This document shows, piece by piece, positions 23,462 to 37,881 of a stretch of 64,000 nucleotides of DNA (position 1 is its first letter; each line of letters begins with the position of its first letter). The position numbers were made by a program, and so were the translations under genes. Below the pieces are notes generated by a model that did not search any database, was not told where the DNA came from, and saw only the letters and a program-made list of their open reading frames with translations. Source of the DNA: Takakia lepidozioides (taxonomy: Eukaryota; Plantae; Bryophyta); contig CM060732.1 of assembly GCA_030704615.1 (NCBI GenBank), positions 35,836,001-35,900,000 on the forward strand, written 5' to 3'.

Positions 23462-25100
23462 CTCTGATACCAGTGGGAAGGAAGTTGAGCTATCCCTGTG
23501 AGTTTATTTCATCCATTGAATGGACTCCCTGATCGAGGTAATAAGAAGCTTTCTTGGACTAGCAAGTTATTTGCGAAAGTTTTGTTATGGTTTTAGTCAT
23601 GGTTACCTAGAATTACCTACTTCTAGTTAACTAGGACATTTTAGATATTTATACTTATATTTTGTGTGTTGGGACTTCATTTGGTCTCACATGCCAAGTG
23701 AGGTATCAAGCCTCACTTGGGACATTCTCCCCTTGTGAGGGTTGAGGAGGGCTCAACTTCTTGTAGTTGAGCCTCCATGAGCCTCTCTCACCTCCATAGC
23801 TCTAGGTATTGAGGGGGAGTGTGGTGAGGGCTTTGTAGGGTGGATTCCCTTAGCAAGGGTGCCCTTGGCTTGACTTAGTTTATGTGATTGAGTGGATTCA
23901 TGAATGGAATGTTTCCATTGTGTTCACTTTCATTATCACTACAAGAAGATGACCTTATGCTTGTGGGTGCAGAGTGTAAGGGTTAGTTTAGCACTTATGT
24001 GTTGAAGAGCTTGAGAGCTTATTGAAGAGAGCGTGGTAGAGAGCTCTTGTGTTGCAAGGTGTTGCAGGTGTTGCAAAGGAAAATCCTTGTGGCGTGAAGA
24101 ACATGGATGTTAGGGTTTGAGAAGCATTACTTTGCTCTATAGAGGTGGAGCACTTAAGGAGAACTCTCTTACATCACAAAGCTTGCATGGTCTTGCAAAG
24201 GAGAGGGCAGCTTGTATGTGCACTAAGGGTTTGAGAGCTTGGAAAAGAGCTCTTACATCACAAGAGAAGCGTCTTGTGTGTGGAGAAGATAGACACTAGG
24301 GTTTCAAGATCCAGCTCTAGTTGTTCATGGTGTGAAAGAGAAACCAAAGAGCGAAACATGCTTGGGTTGGAAACACCATAGAAGGAGTACAACAAGGGTA
24401 GCTTGATGAGCATTGAGTAGCTCAAGAGTTCTATCCATGGTGAAATGAAGCCAAGTGGGGTTTCATTTGGTTGACAAACAAGCAAGCTAAGGCGCTAGAA
24501 GGGAGTGCTTTTGCTAGTTCTATAAGTTTTTGGATTGCTCTTGGTGAAGCAAGTGGTTGACCAAGCAAGTGGCGCATGTGTGGAGCATGCTTTCGAAGTG
24601 TGGCTCCCAACTTCAAGCTTGAGGAGAGCTAGAAGGTGCAGGGAACAAGTTTATTCCTTTGTGTATGAGGTGATGCTTATGTGGAGCGTGTTTTCAGCCC
24701 ATTGAGGCTTCTACTTTCAAGCCTTGGAGAGCAAGAAGGAAGGTAAAAAAAGGCTGGTTTCCACTTAGGTGAAGGAAAAGCACTTGTAGAGCATGTATTG
24801 GAGTTAGGGTTTCAACTTTAAGCTTGAGGAGAGCATGGCTCTTGAAGTAGCAAGTGGAGGGACTTGAATCTTCCTCTTTGCATGAAGTGGAGATGTGTTG
24901 ATGCTTGGAGAAACAACACATAGAAGCCAAGAGTGGAGCATGTGTGTGGATGAGGAGCACATGAATGAGTGTAAGACTTGGTTGCTTGCCAAATGAGGTA
25001 AAAAGCTTGGTTCTTGAGTTCCAAAGAGAAGTGAAGCTTGTCCTCTCGGTAGCTTGCACTTCTGGTGATACTCAAAACTCTTACAATGGTTGTGGGCATG
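23462..25100 (-). mobile_element. LTR retrotransposon remnant: tRNA-Met PBS with adjacent LTR-like sequence
   Basis: CTCTGATACCA at 23462-23472 reads TGGTATCAGAG on the minus strand and sits next to TG at 23474. Non-coding, internally repetitive sequence follows. The far boundary is uncertain. Confidence 0.55.
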
Positions 25101-26108
25101 TTCACTAGCTCGAAGCTTTCATGGTGGACTCAAAACTCAATAAATGCAAATCCCATGATTCCGCACAGCCCTCAATGCATCAGCAAAACACTCTGCGCTT
25201 AGCTACAGCTGTGGATGCGGTGGATCACTCAAAGAAAAGAGAGATACAACCACTTCCTACGCTGTTTTCAATCACAGCTATCATGAGATGGCAAACCACG
25301 CTGTCATAACATCACTAAAGTGCTCATCAAGAAGAGACTACCAACCTCACATTGACAGGTCCATATGAGCTATGAATTCATTTGAAATAAATGCATCCAA
25401 GATACAGATGACCAGGCCACAACACAACCACACGGCCCAGCCAAGTATCAACTTGAAAAGAGCTTACACAGTCAATTTTCCAGCTTCTTTATTCCACACT
25501 TGGGTATAGTAATGAGGCACATGCCTAAACTTTCTCATTTGACTGACAGTGGTGCTTCCAGGAAGTAGAATCTGACCAGCTGAAACTATCACTAGTTGCC
25601 AGCATCAACATTCATCATTAATTCTCAGCCGTGAGCATGAGTCACGTGTAAGACAAATGTTTCCATCCCCATAATCCAGATGGACTACCAATTTGTTAAC
25701 TGTATCAAACCAATTTACAATTAGAAAGACCCCGGGCGATGTGGAAATGAAGAGAAGAGACTGAAGAGTAATTAGGGGCAGCACTACCGTCACTGACATA
25801 TACCTTGAGGAGTAAGATCTACCTTGTCCAGGTAATAGTTGTGGTAGCTTCGCACAAATTCTCCAAAATGCCTTCCACCCAACAACAATCCCTAAGCAGC
25901 AGCTTAAGCCATTGCGTTCAGCATAATGTACTGAAGAGAAGTCCAGACCCAACGAGATCTGACTTTTAGACTACCAAAATTACAGCCGGGTGATGTCTTC
26001 TCTTTCTCCTCTCACCCCAGCTAGAGCATCCTCAGGTTGATCAACAGGTGGAAAAGCATGAGCCACATGTGCCAGAAAACGCAAGGTCTCTTCTCCACTG
26101 GTGAGAGA

Positions 26109-27543
26109 TCACGACAAGGATTCATATGGTTTGTCGGAATTGTTACCATTCAAATCAGGGTTCCCAGCATGATACAAATCTGGATGACCAGAGAAATGGG
26201 CAGCAACGCCAAAGGTCATCAGCACAAAAAGCCACAGGCAAGGTAGCAGCACAGACAACTGTACATGGGCCAAGGCCTGGCCTCGCACTTCATATGACTC
26301 TGAAGCACACTCAAGATGATCCCTTGTGTCAACGCACCCCTCTGGCATAAGAGGGCCATAGAGAGAATAGGCAATAAGGTAAAACCAGGCCCCTTGCAGC
26401 GTGATTGCCATTCCACTAGCCAGGTCTACAACAAAACTCCCTGGGAAGGCGGCACTCAGAAGTGCACACAAGATGCACAATCCAATGAGCAACACCAATA
26501 TCTCATGATACCGCCCTTCCAGACCTGCATGACTCGTTGAATGGAAGTAGAACAAGAGATACTCCGCAGTGAATGCCATGGCTGCCACTACATACAGCCC
26601 TCCTTCTGGAAGCGGCAACCACCTGATCACAGGCAGAGGCTCAGAACTACTGTTGTCCCTTCCACGGTTAGTATACAGGCTCCTCTTCTACTCAAACATG
26701 GTATGGATAACATTACAAGACCTGACATAAGACTAGGACACAGGCTCCTCCTCCAGGAGTCGTCAAGCAAAAGAAGGGCCAGTCAAAAGACTTAGTTTCA
26801 CACACCAAGTCCTCAAGTCACTTCAATGGTCTTATTCTCTGATGTCCACTGGAGGTGGCTCACCAACTTGACCACATCACAGGACATAGACTATAGTAAT
26901 ACAAGAATGTCTAATTTTTGAGAATTCGCACATACTTCCAACTCACTTTCCTTTATCTTTGAGTATTAGCCTTAGATCTAATATGCATGGTTAGGACTGA
27001 ATGTAGATTACAGGTTGTTTTCTGTGGCCACTCGGACCATGACAATTTTTGAAATCGAACTGATGAACAACGAGAATAATGCGACCCTCGATTTGTGTAC
27101 AAAACTCAACTCCATCAGCTGTCACAAGGGGCGTGGTAGAGGGAGACAGAGAGAGATAAGGAGAGGAAATTCAATGGTGGTGCAGGGCAATTTTACCCGG
27201 TGGATTCGCTGATCAAAGCTGCAACACCCAAGATGAAGAACATAAGGAGCATGGCCGCATGTTCAAAGTCATTCATGTGAACGGTGTTGAGGGCCCCATT
27301 GACTACAAAACGCATATGGGTGGAGTAGAAGAACTCAATACACATGTCCACGAAAGTGCCTATGATGACACAGTAAAGCTCTATGTACCGCAAGCGCCCG
27401 CGAGTCCAGCGAACTGGGTGCCACACGCGCGCTCGAAAAGCCCTAGGATGTGCCACAAAATTGCTGATGGAATTCACCACATGCCACAATCCCACTAGCA
27501 GAAACATGGATCCCGGCAACAGATGGCCAGCGAATGACCCCAT
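26109..27543 (-). CDS. TMEM45-like / DUF716 multi-pass membrane protein
   Basis: Exons 27543-27197 (MGSFAGHLLPG..., GG|gtaaaa) and 26622-26109 (atcag|G TGG). Motifs GHxxPG, EHAAM, FYFHSTSH.GLEGRYH, LQGAWF. Confidence 0.9.
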
Positions 27544-28887
27544 TTTGAATATTGTTCTCGTTGTTCTATTTTCTGAACGTTCTTTGGTCTTCAGTAATCT
27601 ATCTCAGCAACCATTCCTGCTTCCTCATCCAACCGAACCACTGGCACCATTCCCACGCTCTCCTTCCTCCATCAACAGCCTGGAGTATCCATATCTAAAA
27701 ATATTCATCATTCAGAGATTCTCTCATCAAATTGGAGTTTAAACACCCGACGATAACTCTCGAACGATCAAATTGCACTCACCTACCAGAATTTCCTGGT
27801 AAAGAGACAAGAGGATGACTAGTGAGATTCATGAAGGGTTGAGCTGCCGGGCACTAAACACGGCGCCCCTTCCACTCATGGCCGCACATCTACCTCCAGC
27901 CATCACCAACCTGAGGCATGTCACACAGTAGTAGCCTCGTTAGTACATCAATTTGAGCCTCGAAAGAAAATTTGCAAGTGAGAGATCTGCAGTACGGTCT
28001 TGTTGCAGTGTGCTCTCATGAAATCTAGGGTAGGACAGACTGATATGATCCAAAGCTAATACCTCTTGATCTGCTCACTATTTTGGCGGCGTAAGGAAGG
28101 TTGTCTTCGTCTTCACCATTCAGTATCACGTATTCAACGGTCAAGATATCTCTCAGCCAAAAAGTCAACCCGCGCGTTTTCTCTGAGCCAATAGACTCAT
28201 CGATTTGGAAGAACAGTTCCAAAGAATTTCAGGTTGATATAAACAGTAAACCACAGCAAGGGATCGCAACGGAATCATGGGCAGTGCAGAAAGATGTTAG
28301 GTTTTTGTGATTCTATCCGCCTGCTTTTCCTTGAAATAAAACCGAGCTCTTCGATTGAAGAGCCAAATGTTTCCCGCATCATCTAGTTTTGGTTTCTCGA
28401 GCGTTTCCTCAGGGGATCTTGTACTTTTCGGGAAGTGGGTGTGGAGAGCAGGTTGAGAGAGGGATGGAGATGGGGGGAAACGAAGGCTGAAATGTTGCAT
28501 AATAGGATCGCATGGGCGTCTCTTGAATGGTCTTTATGGAGGATGAATAGTTAGAGCCTTGGCTTTGTCTACACTGAGTGAAGCAGGTGGGGAATTTGCC
28601 GGCGCTCGAGGTCTATGGATGGAAGATGTAGTGCTCGTCCGCATTCGACGTTGTCAATAGGGGTGGTGTCTGAAGGATCGAATTGAGTATGACCCAAGTG
28701 TGGGCTTTTCTCCAGCGAACTGAGACAGTAATATTCAGAGCAAGTCAACTGGAGGAAATCTCGTTGCATAAACTGACAACAGTGCATTTTGAGATGTCAG
28801 ATTCGAGGCCTCCTTGTATTTCTTCCTAAGCGGATTTTCGGCTCTCATCCTTTTCATAAGGGCACTGATGTTCATCTGAGAAGGATC

Positions 28888-31010
28888 ATGGATATCATAG
28901 CACAGTTGCAAGAGCAGGCGAGCAAGATTGCATACCTAGCGTTTAATACTGTGGGCACTTTGCAACGGGATGCTCCGCCCTCACGCTTGGCTCAAGATTA
29001 CCCCAATCTGCCTGTACCGTCAGCCGAGGCTGTGGAAGCAGTGACAGAGCAGCCCAAGGCTATGGCCGCCTCCCTTGTACAGGCTGTTAAACAGGTACGA
29101 GTTTTCCCCCTTGTAAATCTGATAGCTTTGGGCGGTCTGATTAGTCAGTTTGACACTTCCAGATTTTGGATATGAAATGCTGAATACGAAATTCCACCCC
29201 TGCAATCAAACGTCCTATCTTCGCCGTATGGAGGCCGATTCTTCTCATTCGCGATGATCGTGGTACTGAAATGTGTCAAGCAGTTCGATGCATTGGTAGC
29301 AGCGTTACCGGTTACAGAAGGAGGGGAAGAGCTGCAATATAAGCGCATCGCCGAGCTGCAGGTCAGTTGCTTGCAGTCCTATTTCATCACGCTCTATTTG
29401 CTGTGCCTGCACATGCATTCAGATTTTCCAAGAACTAACAACTACATTTGAGCTTATGTGCTCACTACAGTCTTGCAGTCCGCAGTGGGAGAGATAATTG
29501 TCCGTTGGACAAGTTTGCAGCTTCAACGAAACGCAAACGGGGTCAGCAACCACATAGGACACCTTGTGGGAAAACTTGCAAGAGAGTGGTCCATTAAGCA
29601 TCCTCTAAGATTATATTGTTATTGTAGACACAGCATCTGTTGATGTAAAGAGGGATTCAAGAACTCTCTTCCCCTCTGGTAGTAGTTGTAGCTCATCTTT
29701 TCTGCACGGATTCTTCCTCCCTCGTCCCTAACAACCAAAGTGGGCTTGGAGTCGAAGTCTAGTGCTAGCTTGATGTGAACATGTCTGTCTTTTTTCTTTG
29801 TTGCAATTTGGTTTCTTCCTCTGTTCTCTACCTTCTAGAGGGGCTGCAGAAAGAGGTGGTGGGGAAGACGCAGACCTCGAATCTGCCACGCTCGCTTCGC
29901 CTCCATCTTCTTTATGGAGAACAGGGGAAGGGAGGCAGGGCCAGTACCTACTAGCATCAGTAATCAAGTGTTGATTCAAATGCTGTGTCTTCAAACTTAT
30001 GTCCACCCATAGTTAAGTGGAGGCTGACTCAGCTTGCACACTTCCTCTTCTTCTGGCATATGACTTTACGTGCCTTTTAAAAGGCTCGACTCTGTCCATG
30101 AAGTGGAAAAAAAAGATGTTAAGTCTCTCAAAGGCATCCCAATTAAGTCCAGGTGGAACTCCTTTACTATTTTCCACTACCATAACTATGAACTGGTTTG
30201 CATCCACAAACAGCCTCGCAAGTGAGTTGCACTGAGTTACCCTACTTTATGTTAGGATATTTCTACACGTGGCCATATCTCTGGGTGGATGTGAAGTGTT
30301 TTGAGCTAACTTGGGGGTGTGCCAGTGTAAATATGAATGGAGGCTGATAGAGTCAGCGCGGGTGTGCAGGCTGAAAATGAGGAAGTTGGCAAGGAGCTTC
30401 AGAGAGAACTAGATGCAGCAGGTGCATTGCTAATCAGTCCTCTTGCCTTTCTTCTTTGTATATTGGTGTATCTGTTGGTTGCCCTCGCTCCATTTCATGG
30501 TTCCGCCTCTTCTTTTCTGTCTCCTTTATGAAGACTTTGGTCCCGTCACTTTCAAGATGTTTACTAAGTGTGTGACAGACGCATTGGCAGCAATAAGCAA
30601 ACATGCCACAGAAAATTTCTGCATCACTATTTTGGGGGCATAAGCATTCACTAGAGTTAAGTCTGACTTCACTTCCCCAAAGAGGTCCTTTAACGGCCTG
30701 TCTAGGCTCAAAAGCTGGCACATCATTTCTTACATTATCCTTGATGTCCTCCAGGAAGTTCCCTGAAGACCAAGCTCCATTGATCACTGTTTTGTTCTCC
30801 CATATGAAGTAAGGATGATCCCTTGTGAGAGGCTAAATCCTGAGCTTTGCCTCTACCCTCAGAGTTGTTGCTACCATAGGGGTAGGTCATTTGATAAGCA
30901 GAATGCTAATGCAGAAGTTGTGACGCTTGCCAGAAGAGGAGTTAAAGCAGGTGCGCGAGCTCTTTCACATGGCTGCAGATAATTGTCTGCGGTTGAAGCG
31001 GCCTCAGTAA
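28888..31010 (+). CDS. MED21: Mediator subunit 21
   Basis: Exons 28888-29094, 29284-29361, 30370-30421 and 30934-31010 give MDIIAQLQEQ..GTLQRDAPP..KQFDALVAALP..RIAELQAENE..LKQVRELF..AADNCL, which matches plant MED21. Confidence 0.93.
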
Positions 31011-32483
31011 TCGCAAAACTACTCTTTCAGTAGTGATCCATTTTTCCTACATTCTGTCAAAGAGGCTGCACAGTAAAACATCAGATTTCTTATGAGCGCT
31101 GTTGCTGAAGGACGCACTTCACTAGACTCCTGTTTCCTCAGGCAATTCATCTTGGTTCCAGTGAAAGAGAACCTCTCCTCTCACATGCACACACTGCTAT
31201 TGAAGGTTGTGTCGATCATGCAAGTGTTTCTTTAGCGTAGTCTCCTTTCTCCTTCAAATTAGACTATATGCCAAGATCAGCATCTCTGCCATCAGATGCA
31301 CATTCGGTGGGTTCCCACATCAGACGAAAGACATGGAGAACTGGATTACCTTCATTGACATTATTGGTACTTCAACATAGACTCATATGAATAACTGTCG
31401 AGTATGGAAGTGAAATCAACCATGTAATTTCTGTGCATTGCACCTGCCTGAGGTCTTATCATTATTACGACATGAACAACATTGATACACTCTCAGCCTG
31501 GCCCACTGTATGATCTCCAATGTAGGCCTTTGAATATCCAACATTCCAGTAACCCCTAGCCTTTTCATTGAAGGTAGTGAAATGACTATGTTCATTCCAG
31601 TATGATTGAGTTCACAAGTACCACCAAATTCTCTATTATGTAGCATCCGACTTCTGAGCCCCAGGGGGTAGGAGATGATGATAGTTATCAAGCATCTGCA
31701 TTAAGTACCCTCTGCATGCAACTGGACTCTACCAGGATGGACGAAACTTAGGGCTTCTCTCACGTTTTGTGGCAAAACTGTGGCAAAACGTCCAACTCTT
31801 TGTACCAACTGCCAACGAACTTCTGTCCCTCTCTCCGGACATCGCCCCTCGCACCTCCTCCCCCCTCCCCAAGATCAAAGCTTCGAGCATAGTGTTTTTG
31901 AAAAGGGGTGGGTAGGCTGGCTAATCTACCTCCCGAATTCGAGAAATCTGGGATGAGTTGGCGCCTCCCCCCAGTCTGTTCAATGCCCTCTCTTTGTTGC
32001 ACAAATCACAACCCCAGCACCCAAACATTGTCGAAGGCCATTTTTCTTGTGTCTTATCGCTTAAGAGATTGAGAAGCCTGATGAATCCACATGTTGGCTT
32101 TCTCTGTTTTCTGAACACTGGACATCATTCCTTTCTTCCTGTTGCGTGTTCATGTTGTGGACTTTGAGGCTTCTGAACGAGATCAGCAAAATGTCGAACA
32201 CCACACTATCTCGAAGACTATTTTACTGGGCCCTGGTCCATCCAAGAAATGGGGCATAAAGCGAGGGGGAAACAGAGGCTGCCGAATGCCACAAAATGTG
32301 GTACAGCTGGAACCGGAGATGTAAATAACATACCCACATGTGTGAAAGAAGAAAGGGAGAAAGAAAGATACCAGCAGCAACCATAATAAGCATGTGAACC
32401 AAGCCACATGAAGGGGGCGTCACGAGGTTCATGAAGGGTAAATAACACACAGCAACCAGAGAGTACGCTGGCAGAACAACACT

Positions 32484-35400
32484 ATGTTCAACAAAATCTT
32501 TTCAAAATCCAAGTCTGGATCCTCAGGGTCAGGGGGGAAGACCAGTTTGCTTGATCAGGGCTCAACCAAAAAGGTAATCTGCATTAATATTTTCAAGTGC
32601 ATTGTGCTGGAAGGCTTACCTCGTCAATGATGTTTGAAAGGGCTGAGACTGTACTACATGAGAGACACACAGAGAAGGTCCTGGCAGGCAAGAGAACCTT
32701 GCACAGATGGCTCCAAGAGGTTCATAACCCCAGAAAGGGAAGTCAGGATTCTTGCCCTTGTGGATTTGTTAGGATGGTATGTTTTCTAATAAAAATGTGA
32801 TCTGGGTTTGTGCTGTTTTCCTCTTCAAAGAACTCCAAATAATACCGAAAGGGGATGTGCTGTTCTGGATATGCATATGAAATGACAAGGGAAAGGATGC
32901 CAGGTGTGGTTAGAGAATTGCAAGTTTTCGGATTTCAAGTTAGGGCCCATACTGGGGACGGGCAGCTTTGGACGAGTGCATCTGGCGCATCACATTCCCA
33001 CTGGCGCCGTGTGTGCCACCAAGTCATTGTCTAAGGCCTCGATTGTTAAGACCAAGCAGGCAAGGCCTTCGAATTCCTCACCACTGATTCTCCATACAAA
33101 ACGCCTGTGCAAAACAGCCAGTCATAATCTTCATCCAGCTCTCTTGTAACAATCATTCCCTGCTTCCCTATCTTGGTCACAACACTATGGACAGCACAAT
33201 GCAGTGCATACATCTCTCAGAGACCCTGTTAGCCTTTCCTTCCAACTGTTTTTGTGTCAGATGTTGTTTCCTGCATCATTTTCCACACCTGTATAAACAA
33301 GTGGTTTGGAGATACTCCGTTATGGATGCCCTAAAGCAGTAGAGAACTAATTTTCATCAATTATCTCTCTGAGAATGTGTTTGGTATCTCCTAACACAGT
33401 GCAATGACATGGCAGCTGCAACACGTGAAACAAGAGAAGTCAATTCTGGCAAGGCTCGACTTCCCTTTCATTGTCAATCTGGTGGGTTGTTGCCAGGATG
33501 ATCAATGTGTGCACCTGGTGCTGGATTATGTTTGTGGGTAAGCTCATGCTTGCAAATGCCCATGTATGCATCAGTTGAGTAGAAAGGCATATGCCTGGCT
33601 CAGATTGAATCTTACCTTCATTTCTGGGGTATGGAGATGCAAAAGGGATCAAAAGCCTTTTAGGAGGGTAAGTTGAAGGCCTTTGTAAGCAGATTCTAAC
33701 CAAATAGATGCATGTTGTGCAGTGGAGAGTTTTTTACATACCTCCGTAGCACTGGGCGCTTTGATGACCAAACAACTGTGAGTCTCGTCTCCTTTTCAAA
33801 AAACATAATATCATCAGCAGAGTTTGTTCGTGTCGTACTAATTCATTCCATCTTGTAACTAAGAAGCTCGCTCGACACATGATCACATGAAATAATGAGT
33901 GGGCCATCGTCATGTGTTTTGCAGCGTTTTTATGCAGCACAAGTGCTGATTTCATTCGAGTACTTGCACAACATGGACATTATATATCGTGATCTCAAGG
34001 TTATCATCTTTACCTGATAGAGGGCTTTGTGCATTGAAGACTGTCACAACATCTGAACCAATTTGCTTTCTTTGAGGATGAGGTTATACAATCATGCTCA
34101 GAACACCAGGAAGCTTACAGTTAAGAACTCAAAACTTGTGTGTGTACTGATGTTACAGCCGGAGAACTTGCTGCTGGATGAGAGAGGCAACCTTAAGGTC
34201 ACTGATTTTGGATTCGCAAAGCAAATTGATCGTAGAACTTACACCTTGTGTGGTAAGTAGCGAGCACCATCATGGTTGCTCCATTATTTTATGTGTGTAA
34301 AACAAATTCATCTGACTTATTGCAAGCAAATGAGAGGCAGGTCGTTCGATACCAGTTGACATTCACCCTCAGTGCTAACTGTACAGGGACACCTGACTAT
34401 TTGGCGCCAGAGATCATCCTCAACAAGGGGCATGGCAAGCCAGTGGACTGGTGAGCATTCCACTCCAGCTACTGCAGCCTTAGGCTTGTACACAACCATA
34501 AAACAACTGCGCTTCCTTTAGAAATTGGCATCTATTGAGCTGGCGAACTCCAGAGATGAATCTGTACACTCGAAGTTCCGTGGTAGCAACACAGACACTA
34601 CATTTGGTCAGGTTAATCCATCAGTAGTGATTCTCCCCTACTGAGCTCCTGCCTACCTCTTCTGTGCATGAGGGAAAGAAGGACTTGAAAAACATTTGAC
34701 GTAGGTGTCCTGGTCACTGCACTGACGATGTGGCAGGTGGGCGTTTGGGGTGCTCATATATGAGATGTTGGCTGGCTACCCTCCCTTCTATGATGATGGT
34801 CAGTCTCCTCCACCTTTAAGTTCTCATAAGGATTGGCGGCCAAGTGTACTTGCAATTCCAACTTCCATTGGTTGGAGTAGAAATGGACTGAAATGGTACT
34901 TTGTAATATCTTCAGAAAGCTCAAAGAGTTTTATGGGACAAGAAAGAGAGAGGGGGCCCTTCACAAGCAGCCCAAAATCAAAAGAGAAAGAGTTCAAGAA
35001 TTGGCAAGTGACAACAGTTGGATGGGCCAAATTGAGAATACCTATTCATCATCTATTTCAGACTTGCAGGATTGCCACCCTCCTCTTGCATTGCCTACAA
35101 TTGCTGAAGAGGTGTTTGGGTTGTGGTGAGTCTGTGCAGATCCCATGGGCACATACCAAAAGATTCTGAGTGGTAAAGTGCAGTTTCCAGGACATTTCTC
35201 ACGAAGGTAGCAACACTCCGGGTACCAGGGACCAGGGTTTTGCACATGCATGGATGGTCAATGATAGACTATATCTGTCCTCCAGAGAACTGATCAGATG
35301 ATGATGCTTTTCATGTACGTTCTCTGCTGCATAAGCATAGAGTACCTTTTGTTACATGTTAGCATAACCAGTCAACTGAATGCTTCAAAACTTGTCCGAA

Positions 35401-36152
35401 TGAGGAACAAGCGGCACTCATGCAAATGTAATGATGATCATGATGCAGTGCAAAGGACCTTGTCAAGAGGCTTTTGGTGGCTGACCTTAGCAAAAGGTGG
35501 CTCCCCTTTTCCTATAAGCCTCCCTCTTCCCTGTACACAGTAGAAGACTTCACTGCAGTATGTAGTTTGTGCATGATGGTAAGGAGGCACAAAATTAAGC
35601 TGAGTATCTGCCAGGGACAGACGGAACTTATCCTTGGGAGAGAGAGCAGGATAGGGTGTCTGAAAGGAGGCGTGAAGGACATAAAGACGCATGCATGGTT
35701 TTCCACGACCGACTGGGACAGCGTGATGCGCAAGAAGGAAACTCCTCCAATTCGCCCAAAAGTCTCAGTAATGTTCTACCTCAACTACCAGCAACTGCAT
35801 TCAGCACAATCTAAGGCAAATGTGTGCTATCAACTTGCATGCTAGTGCCCACAGCAACTGCCTGTTTCCTTTATGGGAGAGAAATTCTCCCCACGTGTAG
35901 ATGGCATCCTTGAAGACCACGCCTGCAGTAGAAGGGTGGGAGATGAGAACCCTGAGCTTCCTGTGAGCATGCAGGTAGGCAGGTGTTGACTGTGTACTTC
36001 AGTGACTGAGACACACATTCTAATTTGTGCGATGTCCGAATGTGCAGTCAAAGGACGATGCTAGCTGCTTTGATGACTACTCCAAGCTTGAGCCTATGCG
36101 CCACGAATTCGTTCTCAATGCTCAGGACCAAGAAATGTTTAAGGATCTCTGA
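32484..36152 (+). CDS. cAMP-dependent protein kinase catalytic subunit (PKA-C/PRKX-like), 12 exons
   Basis: Exons 32484-32573, 32904-33059, 33416-33537, 33723-33777, 33925-33999, 34159-34252, 34387-34450, 34737-34798, 35140-35206, 35449-35496, 35650-35767 and 36048-36152. Motifs [72 protein letters not shown] and terminal FKDL. Confidence 0.9.
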
Positions 36153-37180
36153 GCTGTCCCACTTTGTCCACTGTAGCCATCACGTCGCCACCATTGCTTG
36201 AATTGGCAGCCTGAGAATCCTCCTGTTTCTCTACCTCCCATCTTTCCAGGTTTCCTTCCCACATTCTTATGGGAAGCCTCTTTGATTTTGAAGCAACTTT
36301 TGCAGAGACGGTAGCACTCGTCGCAGTCATTTCGGTTCTGCAAAACCGACTAATTTTCTTTCAACGAGGCTACCTACAGGGTGTAGCCGCAACAACAGCT
36401 TGTAACTTTAGTCGCCGTTGTCATTCAAAGGCCTAATGCAAATTGCACATATCTCAGCTCTCAGAAGCTATGTATGCATGCTGGCCTTGAAAGAGAGATT
36501 GTGACCTCCTGACACAAGCCAGTAATTTCACAGGGCAGGTCACAGTTGACAATGTCTCAAAGGACTCAAAGTACCAACAGTACAAATTATCTAAAGAATT
36601 TTCCCAAGTTTGGATCCATCTGCCTGCTTCCTGCAACATTGCCTTGTCCCATCTTTCGTTTTTATCTTGAGGAAGGCATGGGAGGCGAAACCTGCTAGCA
36701 CAGCTTCAAACTATGGTTCCCATGAGACTTCTGAGCTACGCTCATTTCAAATCAAGGATTCAAGACTCGCCACTTTTGTCCGAGCATCTCACGGTTCTAA
36801 TATACTGCTTTCGGAAGCTTTGGATGCGGACACTTTCCTTTCAAACCCCAGGCACAGCGTTTCTGAAATACTCAGCCTACTGTCTGGTACAGAAACAAGA
36901 ACCCACCAGATCAAGGGAAACAACAGAAACAACCTTTGGCCAAACTTGAACAAAACGTTGGAAAATTACTATACGTGGTCAGAGGTTTATGGGAGGCAGG
37001 TTAAGATCATCGGGCACGCTATCTCCGAACCAATGTAGTTGAATTAGTGACTTTATATTCCAGACAGACTTTATATTCGAGAGTCCCACACTGTTTGCGC
37101 AACAGAAACCGGGGTGGATAAATCGAGAGCGAAGGTGGTGTAAAAATACACCATGAAAGTGGAAAGCAAAGAAGCAAAGC

Positions 37181-37609
<429 letters not shown>

Positions 37610-37782
37610 TCACAGCAAGGATTGAAATCAAAGAGAAACGAGATCGATCGAGAGCGAGAGATGAGAGCGAAGAGGCAAGTGAGCAGCGCGGGAAAAGCTT
37701 CTCGCTGGGCCCTAATGTACAGGGTAGCTTCGGCCCGAACCTAGGGCCTGGCCTGGCCTCGAGCAGCGCTGAGGAGGTCCGG

Positions 37783-37881
37783 GATCCGCACCTAATGCCC
37801 ACGTCATCTCCGAAGGTAAATAGAGAGGCTCGGGATGGAGGCTTGGCGATCCGCGGCAGCGAAAACACTCCACGCCATTGG
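37783..37881 (-). promoter_or_regulatory. Plant histone promoter elements (octamer, hexamer, CCAAT)
   Basis: Octamer GATCCGCG at 37848-37855, degenerate GATCCGCA at 37783-37790, hexamer-containing CCACGTCA at 37799-37806 and ATTGG at 37877-37881. All lie 190-290 bp upstream of the H3 ATG. Confidence 0.75.
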
